Shown: piece by piece, positions 1-11,954 of the stretch
Position numbering within the stretch: the first letter of the stretch is position 1
Layout of the letters: every line of letters begins with the position of its first letter
NCBI GenBank assembly: GCA_964016885.1
Contig: OZ024751.1
Span: forward strand, 3,782,001-3,846,000
Source of the DNA: Eledone cirrhosa
Taxonomy: Eukaryota
Length of the DNA: 64,000 bases
Direction: 5' to 3'
Translations under genes and position numbers: made by a program
Notes under the pieces: model-generated
What the model saw: only the letters and a program-made list of their open reading frames with translations
Told to the model about the DNA's origin: nothing
The model's database searches: none

Positions 1-1553
1 GAAACAAAACATGGATATAAAGTCTATGACAAAACCATTAATCACTTGTTCTACATGGATGACCTGAAACTATTTGCAAAAAATGATGAGCAATTGCAAG
101 GGCTATTATCCACTGTGAAGCTGTTCAGTGATGACATTAAAATGGAGTTTGGACTACATAAATGCGCCAAAGCAACGTTCGCCAGAGGAAAGCTGCTGAA
201 GAGTTCAGACATTAATCTTGATCGGGGGAATGTGATAAGAGAACTTGATCAAGAGGAAACTTACAAATATCTAGGTGTGAAGGAGACGGAATCAAGCACT
301 CGACAGTGAGGGAAAGGATAAGGAAGGAATGTTACCGCAGAGTAAGAGCAATCTTAAGAACGGAATTGAATGCAAGGAATAGGATCGATGCCATAAACAC
401 GCTTGCCATACCAGTAGTAACCTACAGTTACAATGTCATCAAGTGGTTAAGCATAGAGATCCGTAGGCTCGATACAAAAATTAGAAAATTCTTAATCATG
501 CACAGAATGCATCACCCTAAGGCAGATACAGATAGAATATATCTCTCTAGGAAAGAAGGAGGACATGGGTTAATCCAGTTAGATATTGCGTTGAAAACTG
601 TAACAATTAGATTATCTACATATCTAAGGGAATCACATGATTGGATGATCAAACTCGTTTTGAAACACGAAAGCATCAAAAGATCATACTCCATTACAAA
701 AGATGCACAAAGATACAGTAATGGACTACAAATTTCAGAAGTTCCATTTACTGCTGAAATGAAAAACACAGAAACAGCAAAGCAGGTAAAAGTAACGGCA
801 AATAAAGAACTGCTACAGAAACTGGCTAAGAAATGGCAAGAAAAGCCTCTGTATGGAAAATACCCAGAAAGAGCTAACAATCCTGATGTTGACAAAATTT
901 TAACCCATCAGTGGTTGGCATCCTCTGGACAGAAATCGGAGACTGAAGGATTGATTATATCAGCACAAGATCAGTGTCTGCCAACAAAAAATTATCAAGC
1001 CAACATTATAAAAAATGGATGCAACCCATTATGCCGTGTATGTAAAAAATAACCAGAGACTATTGATCATATAATTTCAATGTGCAGTCCTATAGCTCCA
1101 ACCGAATACCTAAACAGGCATGACAGAGCTGCGAAATACACACATTGGATAATGTGTAAGCATTTTGACCTGCCCCATCAAAAGAATTGGTGGGAGCATT
1201 AACCACCTCCCATACTTGAAAAAGATCACATCTCAATCTTGTGGAACTTTAGCATCCAAACAGACCGAAAAATAGATGCAAATAGATCTGATATAATACT
1301 GAAGGACTTTAAAAAGAGGGTATGCCTGCTAATTGATATGTCCGTTCCAATAGACAAGAATGTATCTATAAAAACATTTGAAAAATTGTGCAATTGTGGA
1401 GATAGAAATTGGAAAAATGTGGAAATTGAGAACTAAAACAATACCAGTGGTTGTAGGCGCTCTAGGAATGATACCTAAGGGGTCTAATGATTACTCATCG
1501 CAAATCCCAGGAAACCCGCGTATAGGAGAAATACAAAATAATAATAATAATAA
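1..1553 (+). mobile_element. 3' part of a decayed non-LTR retrotransposon with restriction-like endonuclease (R4/Dong-like): RT C-terminus, CCHC knuckle, RLE
   Basis: LFYMDDLKL RT motif (46-); CRVCKK*PETIDHIISMC zinc knuckle (~1033-1086); RHD; RSDIILKD..LLIDMSVP RLE motif; TIPVVVGALG; ends in (TAA)n at ~1539-1553. Frameshifts and stops are present. Confidence 0.9.
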
Positions 1554-1687
1554 AAAAACAATATAATACAAAAAATATACTAAACTACTTAAGTAAATTT
1601 CTATATTCTTTTACGAAGAGACAACACGTGTCACCGAAAAGATGAATAAAAATTTCCAAAAAGGGGGAAATAACTATTAAAATAAAT

Positions 1688-1878
1688 AATTGTTTCTACT
1701 TTTGGCACAAGGCCAGCAATTACCCAGTACATTACTGGTACTTTATTTTATCGACCCCGTAAGGATGAAAGGCAAAGTTAACCTTGACGGGATTTGAACT
1801 CAGATCATAAAGGGCCGTAACTATATGCTGCAAAGCATGGCGTCCGACCCTCTACCGGTACTGCCAATCCACCGCCCT
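1688..1878 (-). mobile_element. tRNA-derived SINE
   Basis: Minus strand has A-box-like TGGCAGTACCGG and B-box GTTCAAATCC, then the core CTTTGCCTTTCATCCTTACGGGGTCGATAAA; a second copy lies at 20037-20216 (+). Confidence 0.8.
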
Positions 1879-1879
1879 C

Positions 1880-2048
1880 AAAAGTCTGTCATAAGCCAGA
1901 AGGTTCATCTGGCCGGTGCTTATCCCGGTTTCATGGCGTGAAGCGACTGAGAGTACAAGACTCCCCCCTGGACAGGATGCCAGTCCATCGCAGGTTTAAA
2001 CCCCCAGCTATTGCTGGTACTCAATTTCAGCTGAGTATACTGGAGCAC
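1880..2048 (-). mobile_element. Second SINE-like fragment
   Basis: Minus strand ACTCAGCTGAAATTGAGTACCAGC...CCTGCGATGGACTGGCATCCTGTCCAGGGGGGAGT resembles conserved SINE body domains (recollection). Confidence 0.5.
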
Positions 2049-2880
2049 AACGCTGTAACTGCCCTCTGGAGGGTAGGTGCCTCGGCAGTGGCTTAGTATA
2101 AGAATGTAGGGTGAATACCAACAACCATACCTTCACCTATATCGGAGCCACAGCTAATGAATTTAAGGAACGCTGGTACAATCACTGCCACACCTTTAAG
2201 AAGGTTGATAAGAAACACAGCACCAAACTCTCAGAACTAGTGTGGCGTCTCAAACATGACAACGTAGAATTCACCTTGTCGTGGTTCAAGGTGACCTCGG
2301 CCCAACCCTACAGAAGGGGTGGACATGCTCGTGCGATTTGTGTATCACCGAGATTATGGAAATAATCGGGAGGGGAGCTCAAGTTTAGAATAAAAGGAGT
2401 AACCCCTTCAGCAGCTGCCTCCACAGATCATCTGACAACTTCCTCAAACTGTACAGACTAACAACGTAGTTGTATTAGTTGAAGACTATTGCAAACTTGT
2501 CCGTGGAAGCCGGTCATGGCCACGTGGCTCCCCCAGCGTCAGGCGAACCTTGGATATCTTGTTTGCACACCTGGAGTGTCTATGTGTTCATGTTTCTTGC
2601 CCTTTGTTCATTATTCCTCTGTTTATATACCTACTGTTGTTTTTTATGTATTTTTGTCCCGTTCTTTTATTATTGTGATCTCTATATGTGTTCTCGTTTC
2701 TTATCTGCTTGTTCCTGTCCCTACTTTCGCTTCCTGTAACTCTCTTCCATGGCCTAACAGCCCTTTTAATAGTATTGTTGCCACTGTAGTTGGGACTGAA
2801 TGCTATCCTTATTGCTAGCCTTGTGCCTTACAATGATAGAGAGGATTGTATTAACTGGGAATGTATATTTATATATATAT
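2049..2880 (+). mobile_element. PLE 3' fragment: GIY-YIG endonuclease remnant plus 3' UTR
   Basis: CNCPLEGRCL..LV*EC..FTYIGATANEFKERWYNH..STKLSELVWRLK, homologous to the EN at 8926-9411; ends at a TA tract. Confidence 0.8.
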
Positions 2881-2929
2881 AAATACCCATCTATGTTTCT
2901 ATCCCATTTTCACTTCCTTGTTTCAACGG

Positions 2930-3490
2930 ACTATTATTGTGGTTAGTTTATTTTTCATGGAAGCGTTGCTTCTTCCTGTTGCCACTGTCGCCGTGGTAGG
3001 GTCATCACTGGTGTTGTTGTTGTTGCTGTTGTTGTTGTTGTTGGTGTTACCAATGGCTTAATACTAACATAGATGATACCACCACTACTACAACGAATGA
3101 GGTGGGTGATGGGCGGTGTTGGTGTTTGTTACCGTTGCCATTGTTGTTGTTGCTATTTATGGTCATAGTGATTGATACCACCAACTCTGTGTACCCACCT
3201 ACTTATGAACTCCTTTTTATTGCTTTAGCGTTATCGCTGTTTATTGTCGATAGGGTGGTACTGTCACTGCGACGACTACGACCTGTATAAACGACGCTGG
3301 TCTGTGTTTTTGCTGTTGTTGTCGGTTGCTGTTGTTGTTGTCGTTGTAAGTGTTTTACTGTAGCTGTTGCTTTAGTTGTTGTTGTCAATAGGGTGGTGGT
3401 ATCACCACGACTATTCTGACCAGTGCGGTTTGATGCTATTGTCGTAGTTGTTGTTGTAGTTGTCGTCGTCGTTGTTGTTGTTGTTGTCTA
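2930..3490. repeat. Degenerate (TTG)n low-complexity tract
   Basis: Runs of gttgttgtt/gtcgtc. Confidence 0.8.
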
Positions 3491-3590
3491 TAGGTGGTTG
3501 TCAACAAAATATATATCTCGATCGTAATTAAAAACGATTGTTGAGAGCTTTCTCCTGCTTACTCCTGTTTTTACCAAATCAATCTTTTCC

Positions 3591-3642
<52 letters not shown>

Positions 3643-3718
3643 CGAAGGAAATGTGATAAGGAACCAGATGGTCCATAACGCACCAAAGTACTCAATACTT
3701 AGGGTAGTAGAGTGGGTA

Positions 3719-3830
3719 ATAGGAACGAGTAGGACCTCGACGGCTGAGCTCAAGCCGTTTCGACGGCTAATTCTAGTCCAGAATTAGCCGTCGAAACGGC
3801 TTGAGCTCAGCCGTCGGGGTCCTACTCGTT

Positions 3831-3835
<5 letters not shown>
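3719..3835. repeat. Near-perfect palindrome, 56-bp arms with 5-nt loop, between (TA)n tracts
   Basis: ATAGGAACGAG...AATTCT agtcc AGAATT...CTCGTTCCTAT, one mismatch. Confidence 0.95.
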
Positions 3836-3883
<48 letters not shown>

Positions 3884-3888
<5 letters not shown>

Positions 3889-4915
3889 TATGTATACGTA
3901 CATACATATATGTATGCAGACGTACAGTAGTATGTATATATATACATACTACTGTACGTCTGTATACATATATGTATGTACGTATACATACTTATATTTA
4001 AGTAACAGCCGTACTATGAGCGAGAAATGAAATTTCGTTTCATTTTTTCCATTTATCTTTTTCGGTGCGCCCGGCCGATTAACTCACTCGATATGCAAAT
4101 TAGATTGCTTAGCCGTTAATATGCATAAGGAAAGTATATACTTTCAGACATTCAATCATCTGGCCGGAAGGTATACGGTGCAGACAATAGCTAATAAGCT
4201 TAAAACTAGTACATCGTTCCTTTGTCAGTGTTGAACAAAAGGGCAATGATGGTTGCTAAACACTGTACGGCTTAATTCGGGATGTTTGTTTACAAACAAA
4301 CCGAGCATTATAATAAATGTTCGGTGAATCCATACGTACATATATATATATGTGTGTGCGTGTATGTATATATATACATACTACTGTACGTCTGTATACA
4401 TATATGTATGTACGTATACATACTTATATTTAAGTAACAGCCGTACTAAGAGTGAGAAATGAAATTTCGTTTCATTTTTTCCATTTATCTTTTTCGGTGC
4501 GCCCTGCCGATTAACTCACACGATATGCAAATTAGGCTGCTCAGCCGTTAATATGCATAAGGAAAGTATATACTTTCAGACATTCAATCATCTGGCAGGA
4601 AGGTATACGGTGCTGACGATAGCTAATAAGCTTGAAACTAGTACATCGTTCCTTTGTCAGTGTTGAACAAAATGACAACGATGTTTGCCAAACACTGTAC
4701 GGCTTAATTCGGGATGTTTGTTTACAAACAAACCGAGCATTATAATAAATGTTCGATGAATTCATACGTACATATATATATATATCTGTGCATGTATGTA
4801 TATATATACATACTACTGTACGTCTGTATACATATATGTATGTACGTATACATACTTATATTTAAGTAACAGCCGTGTTAAGAGTGAGTAAGGAAATTTC
4901 TTTTCATTTTTTCCA
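3884..4915. repeat. ~432-bp tandem repeat (about 2.3 units) with an inverted leading segment
   Basis: Unit starts tatgtatatatatacatactactgtacgtctg at ~3931, 4363 and 4795; 3884-3995 is a palindrome. Confidence 0.9.
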
Positions 4916-4924
4916 TTATATATA

Positions 4925-5478
4925 TATTGGTAAAAGGAAAAGAAAATGCTGACAAATTGTTCCCAGTGAAAAATAGTTTAATTAGGAATAAGTAAAAATT
5001 AGTAATAAGTATTGGTTAGTATTCAATTTTAGTTTTGAGTTTTTACCGGTTGCGCATTTCTAATGCTTTTCAAAAATAATTTTGAGATAGAGTGCCCGTG
5101 ATGTTTGCTCTAATCTGATTAGTTTTGGAAATTCTACTTGTTTTATGTGAAAAAAGTGGCTCCAGAGGTATTTAAAATAAGTTTCGCGCCAATTCGTGTT
5201 GCAAAAATTCTTGTGGTCAAAACAATTTTGAATGGTCGGTAGAGGTCACGTGAATGTTAAAAATTGATTTTGCGCCAAATGTAGGTTTGTCAAAGAGTGT
5301 CCTTTTTCGCCTGATTGAGAAGTCACTGAAAACTAAGTCTTTTAAGACAAATGTGTGTGTGTGTGTATGTGTGTGTGTGTAGCAAAGAGGTTCATTGTTG
5401 TGATAATGGTCAGTAGGGATGTGTGTGTGAATTGCAGTCATGTTGAAAGGTCAACAGTTCAGGTGCCTATTAAGACAA

Positions 5479-5528
<50 letters not shown>

Positions 5529-6710
5529 CAGAGTAATTCGTGGTAGAGGGATCGGTCAGTAGGAATGTGTCTGTACGTGCGTGGGGGATATTTTAACATG
5601 TTGAAAGATATATTTCAGCTCTTGTCTTATACGGAGAAGTGTGTGTGTGTGTGTATGTCTCTTTGTATGTTAGTGTACGCGTGTGTATGTGTGTGTGTAT
5701 ATATGCGTGTGTGTATATGTGTGTATGTGTGTGGGGGGGGGGGCTAATATTTTTGTGATACTGGTAAAAATGGTGTACATTATTCGATATTTTCAGCAAA
5801 AACGATTCTCTCAAGAGAACATCAAAAACATTAATAATAAAAGGTGTGAAATGATATATAGTATTGTCATAACACCAAGGTGTGTGTGAGTGTCCAGATT
5901 GTACGTACTGCAAGGGGAATCCATTAGGCCCTGCCGTATTGGAATACTTGTGTACAAATATGTATGTGCCCATCAGTGTGCAATGCATGTGTGCGTATAT
6001 GTATGTGTGTGTCGGCACGTTTATATCTATAGACATCAAAAGGTATGCAAATTTGTGTATATTTGTGTTGCACCATAAAACATGTGTGTTTACGTATGTC
6101 ATTGTGTGTATATGTGGATAGAGATGTATGTAGGATGTATGCTGATGTAGGTATGTATGTTGACGTGTGTATGTTGTGGGTTCGTCTTAGGGAGAAGTGT
6201 TTAGACGGGGTCCGTATTTGTTAATAAAGTAAGATTCCTTGCTGATGCGCTGGGTGTGGGTGGCATTATCTTTAAATTTGTAGAGGAGAAATATTCTAAA
6301 GTTGGGATGATTTTGGGCGGCACAGGTATCAATGTGTTCACTCAGTGGTATTTTCCTGTATTCCCTTATTTTAATTTGGGATCTATGGACAGTCATGCGT
6401 TGGCGGAGGCTGTTTTTGGTCTGGCCTATGTATTGTTCTCGACAACCTGAGCAAGTTAATACATATATTAGATTTTCTGATGCGCATGTGAAATTGTGTT
6501 TTACTATAAAACGTTGTCCTTCTTTGAAATAGAATTCCGAACCCTCTATTAGGTTGATGCATATGCCACAGTTGGGTCTATCGCATTTTTTTACTGTGGG
6601 TTTCGTTGTTGTGGTTGGCAGTACTTTGGCATGTGTTAGGATGTTTTTTAATGACTTAGATTGTCTTTTGCTCTTTATGATATCGTGTGTTCGAAGGATT
6701 TGGTTCATTC
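4925..6710 (-). mobile_element. 5'-truncated PLE (Neptune-like): GIY-YIG EN ORF 6187-6708 plus CA-rich 3' UTR
   Basis: CDRPNCGIC linker, NLIYVLTCSGC, YIGQTKNSLRQRMTVH, EHI, ESYFI..LN; degenerate HHR near the 3' end. Confidence 0.85.
5040..5076 (-). ncRNA. Degenerate minimal hammerhead (U3-A8 core; GAAA changed to GCAA)
   Basis: ttt TTGAAAA gcatt aga aatgc GCAA ccgg TA aaa. Confidence 0.5.
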
Positions 6711-6719
6711 TATAATATT

Positions 6720-9700
6720 AATTCAAAATATTAACAAAATAGATATTCTTGTGATCAAGTATATTATTTTATTATACATATTTCAGAGGTACTGAGTTAA
6801 CTTCAACAGTACGTCCTCATCAGATAAAATAAAATGATGCATGACATACCCTGACATAGTAGATGGTTAATATTCAGTCATGGTAGTGAGTAATATATGA
6901 CAAAACTCAATATTTATATACCTTAATATTGAGAACGCGAGAAAAATATATAGTACATACAATAGAGAGGGTGCGTGTGAGACAGCTTAAAAAATACTTG
7001 GCCTCAATATAACTGTTAAATAATTTAAATTACTGAAGAAAGAGGAAAGAAAAGAAAAGCATAGAGGAAGAAACAGATAATATAGTTAGTAGGGGCCTAG
7101 AAAAACAAAGGAGAGTTGATTACAGAGAGAGATAAAGAGGAATAACTTCTGTTCAAGTCTTTAGACAATTATCCATATATACAATATATATCTAAGCATA
7201 TCTGGTTGACCGTTAATATTCAAAATATTTAATTTAAGTTAGTTCAGAGTAATGAATAATATTTTAGGTTTTAAAAGTTAATAGGTATCTGTATTAATAT
7301 TAAAGTATACTATCAAATTTAATTTCTAAAATCAAATTTTATAAAATCAAATTTAAAGGATTTACAAACACGAGAAAAAAACATAATGTTTTTACAACCT
7401 CACGAAGGTAAACTTTACCAAATTTATTATATAATATTGACAACAGTTTATATAATATAATTTAGAAAATAATTACAGTTATAATTTTTAAAGAATTTAT
7501 GATTAACAATTTGAGTGCCTAAAGGATCAACAGGCCTTATAATTAAACTTAAAAAGGTCTGAATTTCAAATTACATATATGTGTTTATCAAAAAAAATAC
7601 ACAAAGATTATATTGTCTAAAGACTTAAGATGATACCTTTCAAATATACATAACATAATACAATATTGTAAATAAGTTACTGAAAATATTGTTAAAAATT
7701 AATGTTTTAGATCAATTATTGTAAAAGGATCATTTAATAGATATATACTATAAATATATAAGTCAAAACTTCATGAGTCCTAAGGATAAGGACTAGATAC
7801 AAAATAAAAAGTGAAAAAATAATGAATTGTTTGCGAAACATAAAAATGCCCAATATTAAAAAATATAGTTTAAAATGCAAGAGGGTTTTGTTATATAGTA
7901 GACAAAAGATACTTCTAAAATGTCTAACGAAGGTGATAGAAAGAGGAGCTAAGGATTTGAATGACCCGAAGGTAATCTAAATTTAATTAAAATAAATTAA
8001 ATTAAATTAAATTAAGTAATAATCATTATATAATTTCGAACATTAAAGAAATATTTAACACTTATAACAATAGAAAGTCATTTGAGTATCTAAATTACTT
8101 ATCAATGTAACTACGAGCATGTTATTATACTAGATAAACATATTTGTTCAAATATATAGAGAGAGTATTATAGGTATTAGTGAAACGATATACATATAAT
8201 AAATAAATAATTACAATCATTATTAGTAATGTTATAATTGTAGTTTTACCTCCAGTTTAGTGGAAAGAGAGACCAATATTTGTCGACTAGTATGGTCTGT
8301 GATATTTATACCTAAATATATATAAAAAATATATATGTGCAAATCTAACTTTCTGAGTCCCAAAACATACCCAAAATGAGTAAAATATATAAATGCATGA
8401 ATGATTTACGGTACAATTATAACCGGTAATCTTACAAGTTATATATCCAAATTATATATTTAAAACAAAGACAAATATATATAAGGATCCGAATCTAAAT
8501 TATAAATATCTAAAATAATCCAAAGGTGTGCATATTCATCAAGAGAACAAGTTAACAAATAATATGTTTATATACCTAAACAGGATCCTTCATTCTAACA
8601 TTAATTCTATCATAAATGATTAGAAAATAAAGTATTATTAAAGTTTTATAAACTGTTATTAGGTACAACGTTTTAGGTACAACAGTTGATAAGAGATGTC
8701 AAAAATTAAAACCTGTTTGTTTGGTGTTTTTTCCTGATTTTTGCGAGGCTTGGAATGTAGACAAAGCTTTATGAAGGCAGTTTGAGAATAATTCACTTTT
8801 TTGTTAATTAAGTTTTCATAATTAGTAATTATTAATAGGGTCTCCTTAGTACAGAGGTTGCAGTTAGTTGATATAGACGAGTTCGAGTAGATTCTACTAT
8901 TACAAAGCTTCGTCCAAAAAATCGACTATTTAAAATGTTTGTCTTTTAATGACCATATAAGTTGTGATAAAGAAGTCGAAGACTTCCTATTAGGATTCGA
9001 AAACGAGCATTTGTGATTCGCAAATCTCGATTTAAATGTCGAAGAAGTTGCCCCTATGTAGTTGTATGTGATGTTATTTGCTTTTACGGTGCATTTATAC
9101 ACCAAATTTCTATCCAGACAATTATTTTGCAGGGGGCAATCTGGTTTATTTCTACAATTACATTTCGATTTATTATTATTTATATTAACACTATTATTAA
9201 CACTATTATGCTGATTTTGGTTTAGAATTCTACTATTTAGTTTAGCGATGTTTTGGGCCATATTCATAGTTGTAGAATAAGAAAGCTTAATTGTGTGTCT
9301 ATTAAATATGGAACGGTATTTATGTTGACTAGGGAAGGAATTATCTAAAGCCTTAAAGAATAGATTAGCTAGTGGTGTTTTTACTGCTACAGAAACGGGG
9401 GGGAGGGGCAAACCATATAACTGATTTAATTCTGTTTTTTTCTCCCAATTTATTCACTGTACAGGTGTTTGAATTATAAGTTTTAGAATTTCGTTTATAT
9501 ATGCCAGTCATATTATTATTATTTTTATCAGGATTAAGATTCGAATTTATATTATCTATATATTCTATATTATTTTTATAACCTGCCTTTCTTAGCGCAT
9601 CATTGTAATATCCTGCTTTTTCATCAAATATTGATTTATTGGCAGTTATTCTAGTTATGCGTTCCTGTACACTATTGACAATTGCATTTTTCACAGATTT

Positions 9701-10402
9701 AGGGTGATTAGAGTAATAACTAACATAATTTAAGGTTTCATTGGGCTTATAGAAAGTGTAATAAAAACCAGAGTTTAAATTAAGGGTAATATCAAGGAAA
9801 TTAACTATTTTGGTACCACTTTCAACCTCTAATTTAAGGTCGTAATTTTTAAAGAATTCAATTATATTTTTCTTAACCCTATTTAATTCTGTATTGCTGT
9901 GTTTGACAACCATAAATAAAATATCGTCCCTGTATAAACCACCGGTAATCTCCGGCAGTTTTCTATTTACCATATTTAAGATGAAAATCCCCAGAAGATC
10001 CGTGACTTGCACTGAGTCCGATGATCCCATGGTAATGTCAAAGTTTCTATTTCTATCTGAGCGGGTCCAATACTCATTGTTGAAATTAATTAGAGTTCTT
10101 CTAGCAGTTAATATAATATCGATTTCATCCGTAGTTAGATCTGTATGTTTGTAAGCGTAGGATAAAGCCTTAATTAGTAGGTTAGGCGTAATGGAAGAGT
10201 AATAGCTTGTTATCTCTATTTGGATGAATTTATAGTTTTTCTTATCATCTATATTTTTATACCAATCAATCACTTCATTGTGCCTTTCCACAAGCTCAAT
10301 TTAGACCTTAATTTCAAAATAGGTAGAATTCTATCAATAATATTCTTACTGATTACTCCAATATCCTTACTGATTACAGTAATATTCTTACTGATTACTC
10401 CA
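6720..10402 (-). mobile_element. 5'-truncated PLE (YRDD-type RT plus C-terminal GIY-YIG; possibly Hydra-like clade) with ~2-kb AT-rich 3' UTR
   Basis: ORFs 9365-10291 (FDITMGSSDS, GLYRDD, VNFLDITL) and 8926-9411 (CNCR..CPL..CL, YIGATSSTFKSRFANH), separated by a frameshift; HHR at the distal end. Confidence 0.9.
6764..6832 (-). ncRNA. Type I hammerhead ribozyme
   Basis: ttattttat CTGATGA ggacgtactg..cagtacctct GAAA tatgta TA ataaaataa: 9-bp stem I and a short, near-palindromic stem III. Confidence 0.85.
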
Positions 10403-10408
10403 ATACAT

Positions 10409-10494
<86 letters not shown>

Positions 10495-10700
10495 GTATCA
10501 ATGATATTAATAAATGGAAACTATATTTATAAAATCATATTTATTCTATTATATATAATTCAAGGTACCAAAACTTTGGTACGCCCTCATCAGATAAAAT
10601 ACAAAGTTTGTTTTATAAATATAGACATATCGAGATCTTAACGGTTCAAGTTTTTCCTGAATATTTGTTGAATTACCAACAAATTAAACATCCCTTTGCT
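10495..10700 (-). mobile_element. Solo pLTR-like repeat with a mutated hammerhead (10542-10601; GAAA changed to GAAT)
   Basis: ttttat CTGATGA gggcgtaccaaa..ttggtacctt GAAT; flanked by (TA)n; homologous to 45800-46512. Confidence 0.75.
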
Positions 10701-10712
10701 TATATATATATG

Positions 10713-10812
<100 letters not shown>

Positions 10813-10816
10813 TAAA

Positions 10817-10915
<99 letters not shown>

Positions 10916-10976
10916 AAGTGTAAGGAATTCTTTTACAATGGAATTAGCTCGAAGGAGGAAAATACCCCTGAGCCGT

Positions 10977-11272
<296 letters not shown>

Positions 11273-11954
11273 GAAAGGTATAGAAAATATTGTAGCAAAA
11301 AGCCAACAGTATTCCATAATATATAAGTGACTATAGCGTCAAAATGGGAAAAGTAGTTAACGTAAGATGTGGGAAAAATAATTCAAACTCAACTCAAAAA
11401 GAATCAGAATATAGATTCATCCAACAGAATTTAGTGGAAACCAGGGAAAAATCAATAGAGCCTTAACTCATGATAAAATAAAGTTTAAAATACTCATCCT
11501 TCAATTTGGGACAACTACAAATGCTCTGTATAGTCATGAAGACTATTTCACGAGAACTTTCAGTGGAGATGGTCACGGTTGGAATTCGATCCTCAGCAGA
11601 GCTCAACTCGATAGCCAAATATCTCACTGATTAATATGCCAAAAAGGGAATTAAAAGCAGGCTAGTTTACCATCATGCGTGATTATGAAAATAAAACGCA
11701 CATGTGGAAAAACAGGGCTGCTGACGTCAGAATGAGACGAATGTTTGTTTACAAGAAACAACAGTCAAAAACATTCCGAAGAAAACTCTACAATAAGGAG
11801 TTCAGCAAAAAGCAATATTATCGCGGTTTTTTTTTTTTTAATACCGGGATTAGTCACAAATAATTTAAGCACTCTAGGAAAGAAATCCGAGTATAAATAT
11901 ATATATATATTTACTGCTCCATACAGTTGAGCTAACATACATTGAATTACCAGT

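Noticed and set aside
1790-1878. tRNA gene
   Set aside because: A/B boxes are present but no cloverleaf, and it continues into a SINE body repeated at 20037.
2475-2520. TTGAAGA...GAAGCCGGTC hammerhead-like remnant
   Set aside because: Core mutated and stems do not pair; too degraded to call.
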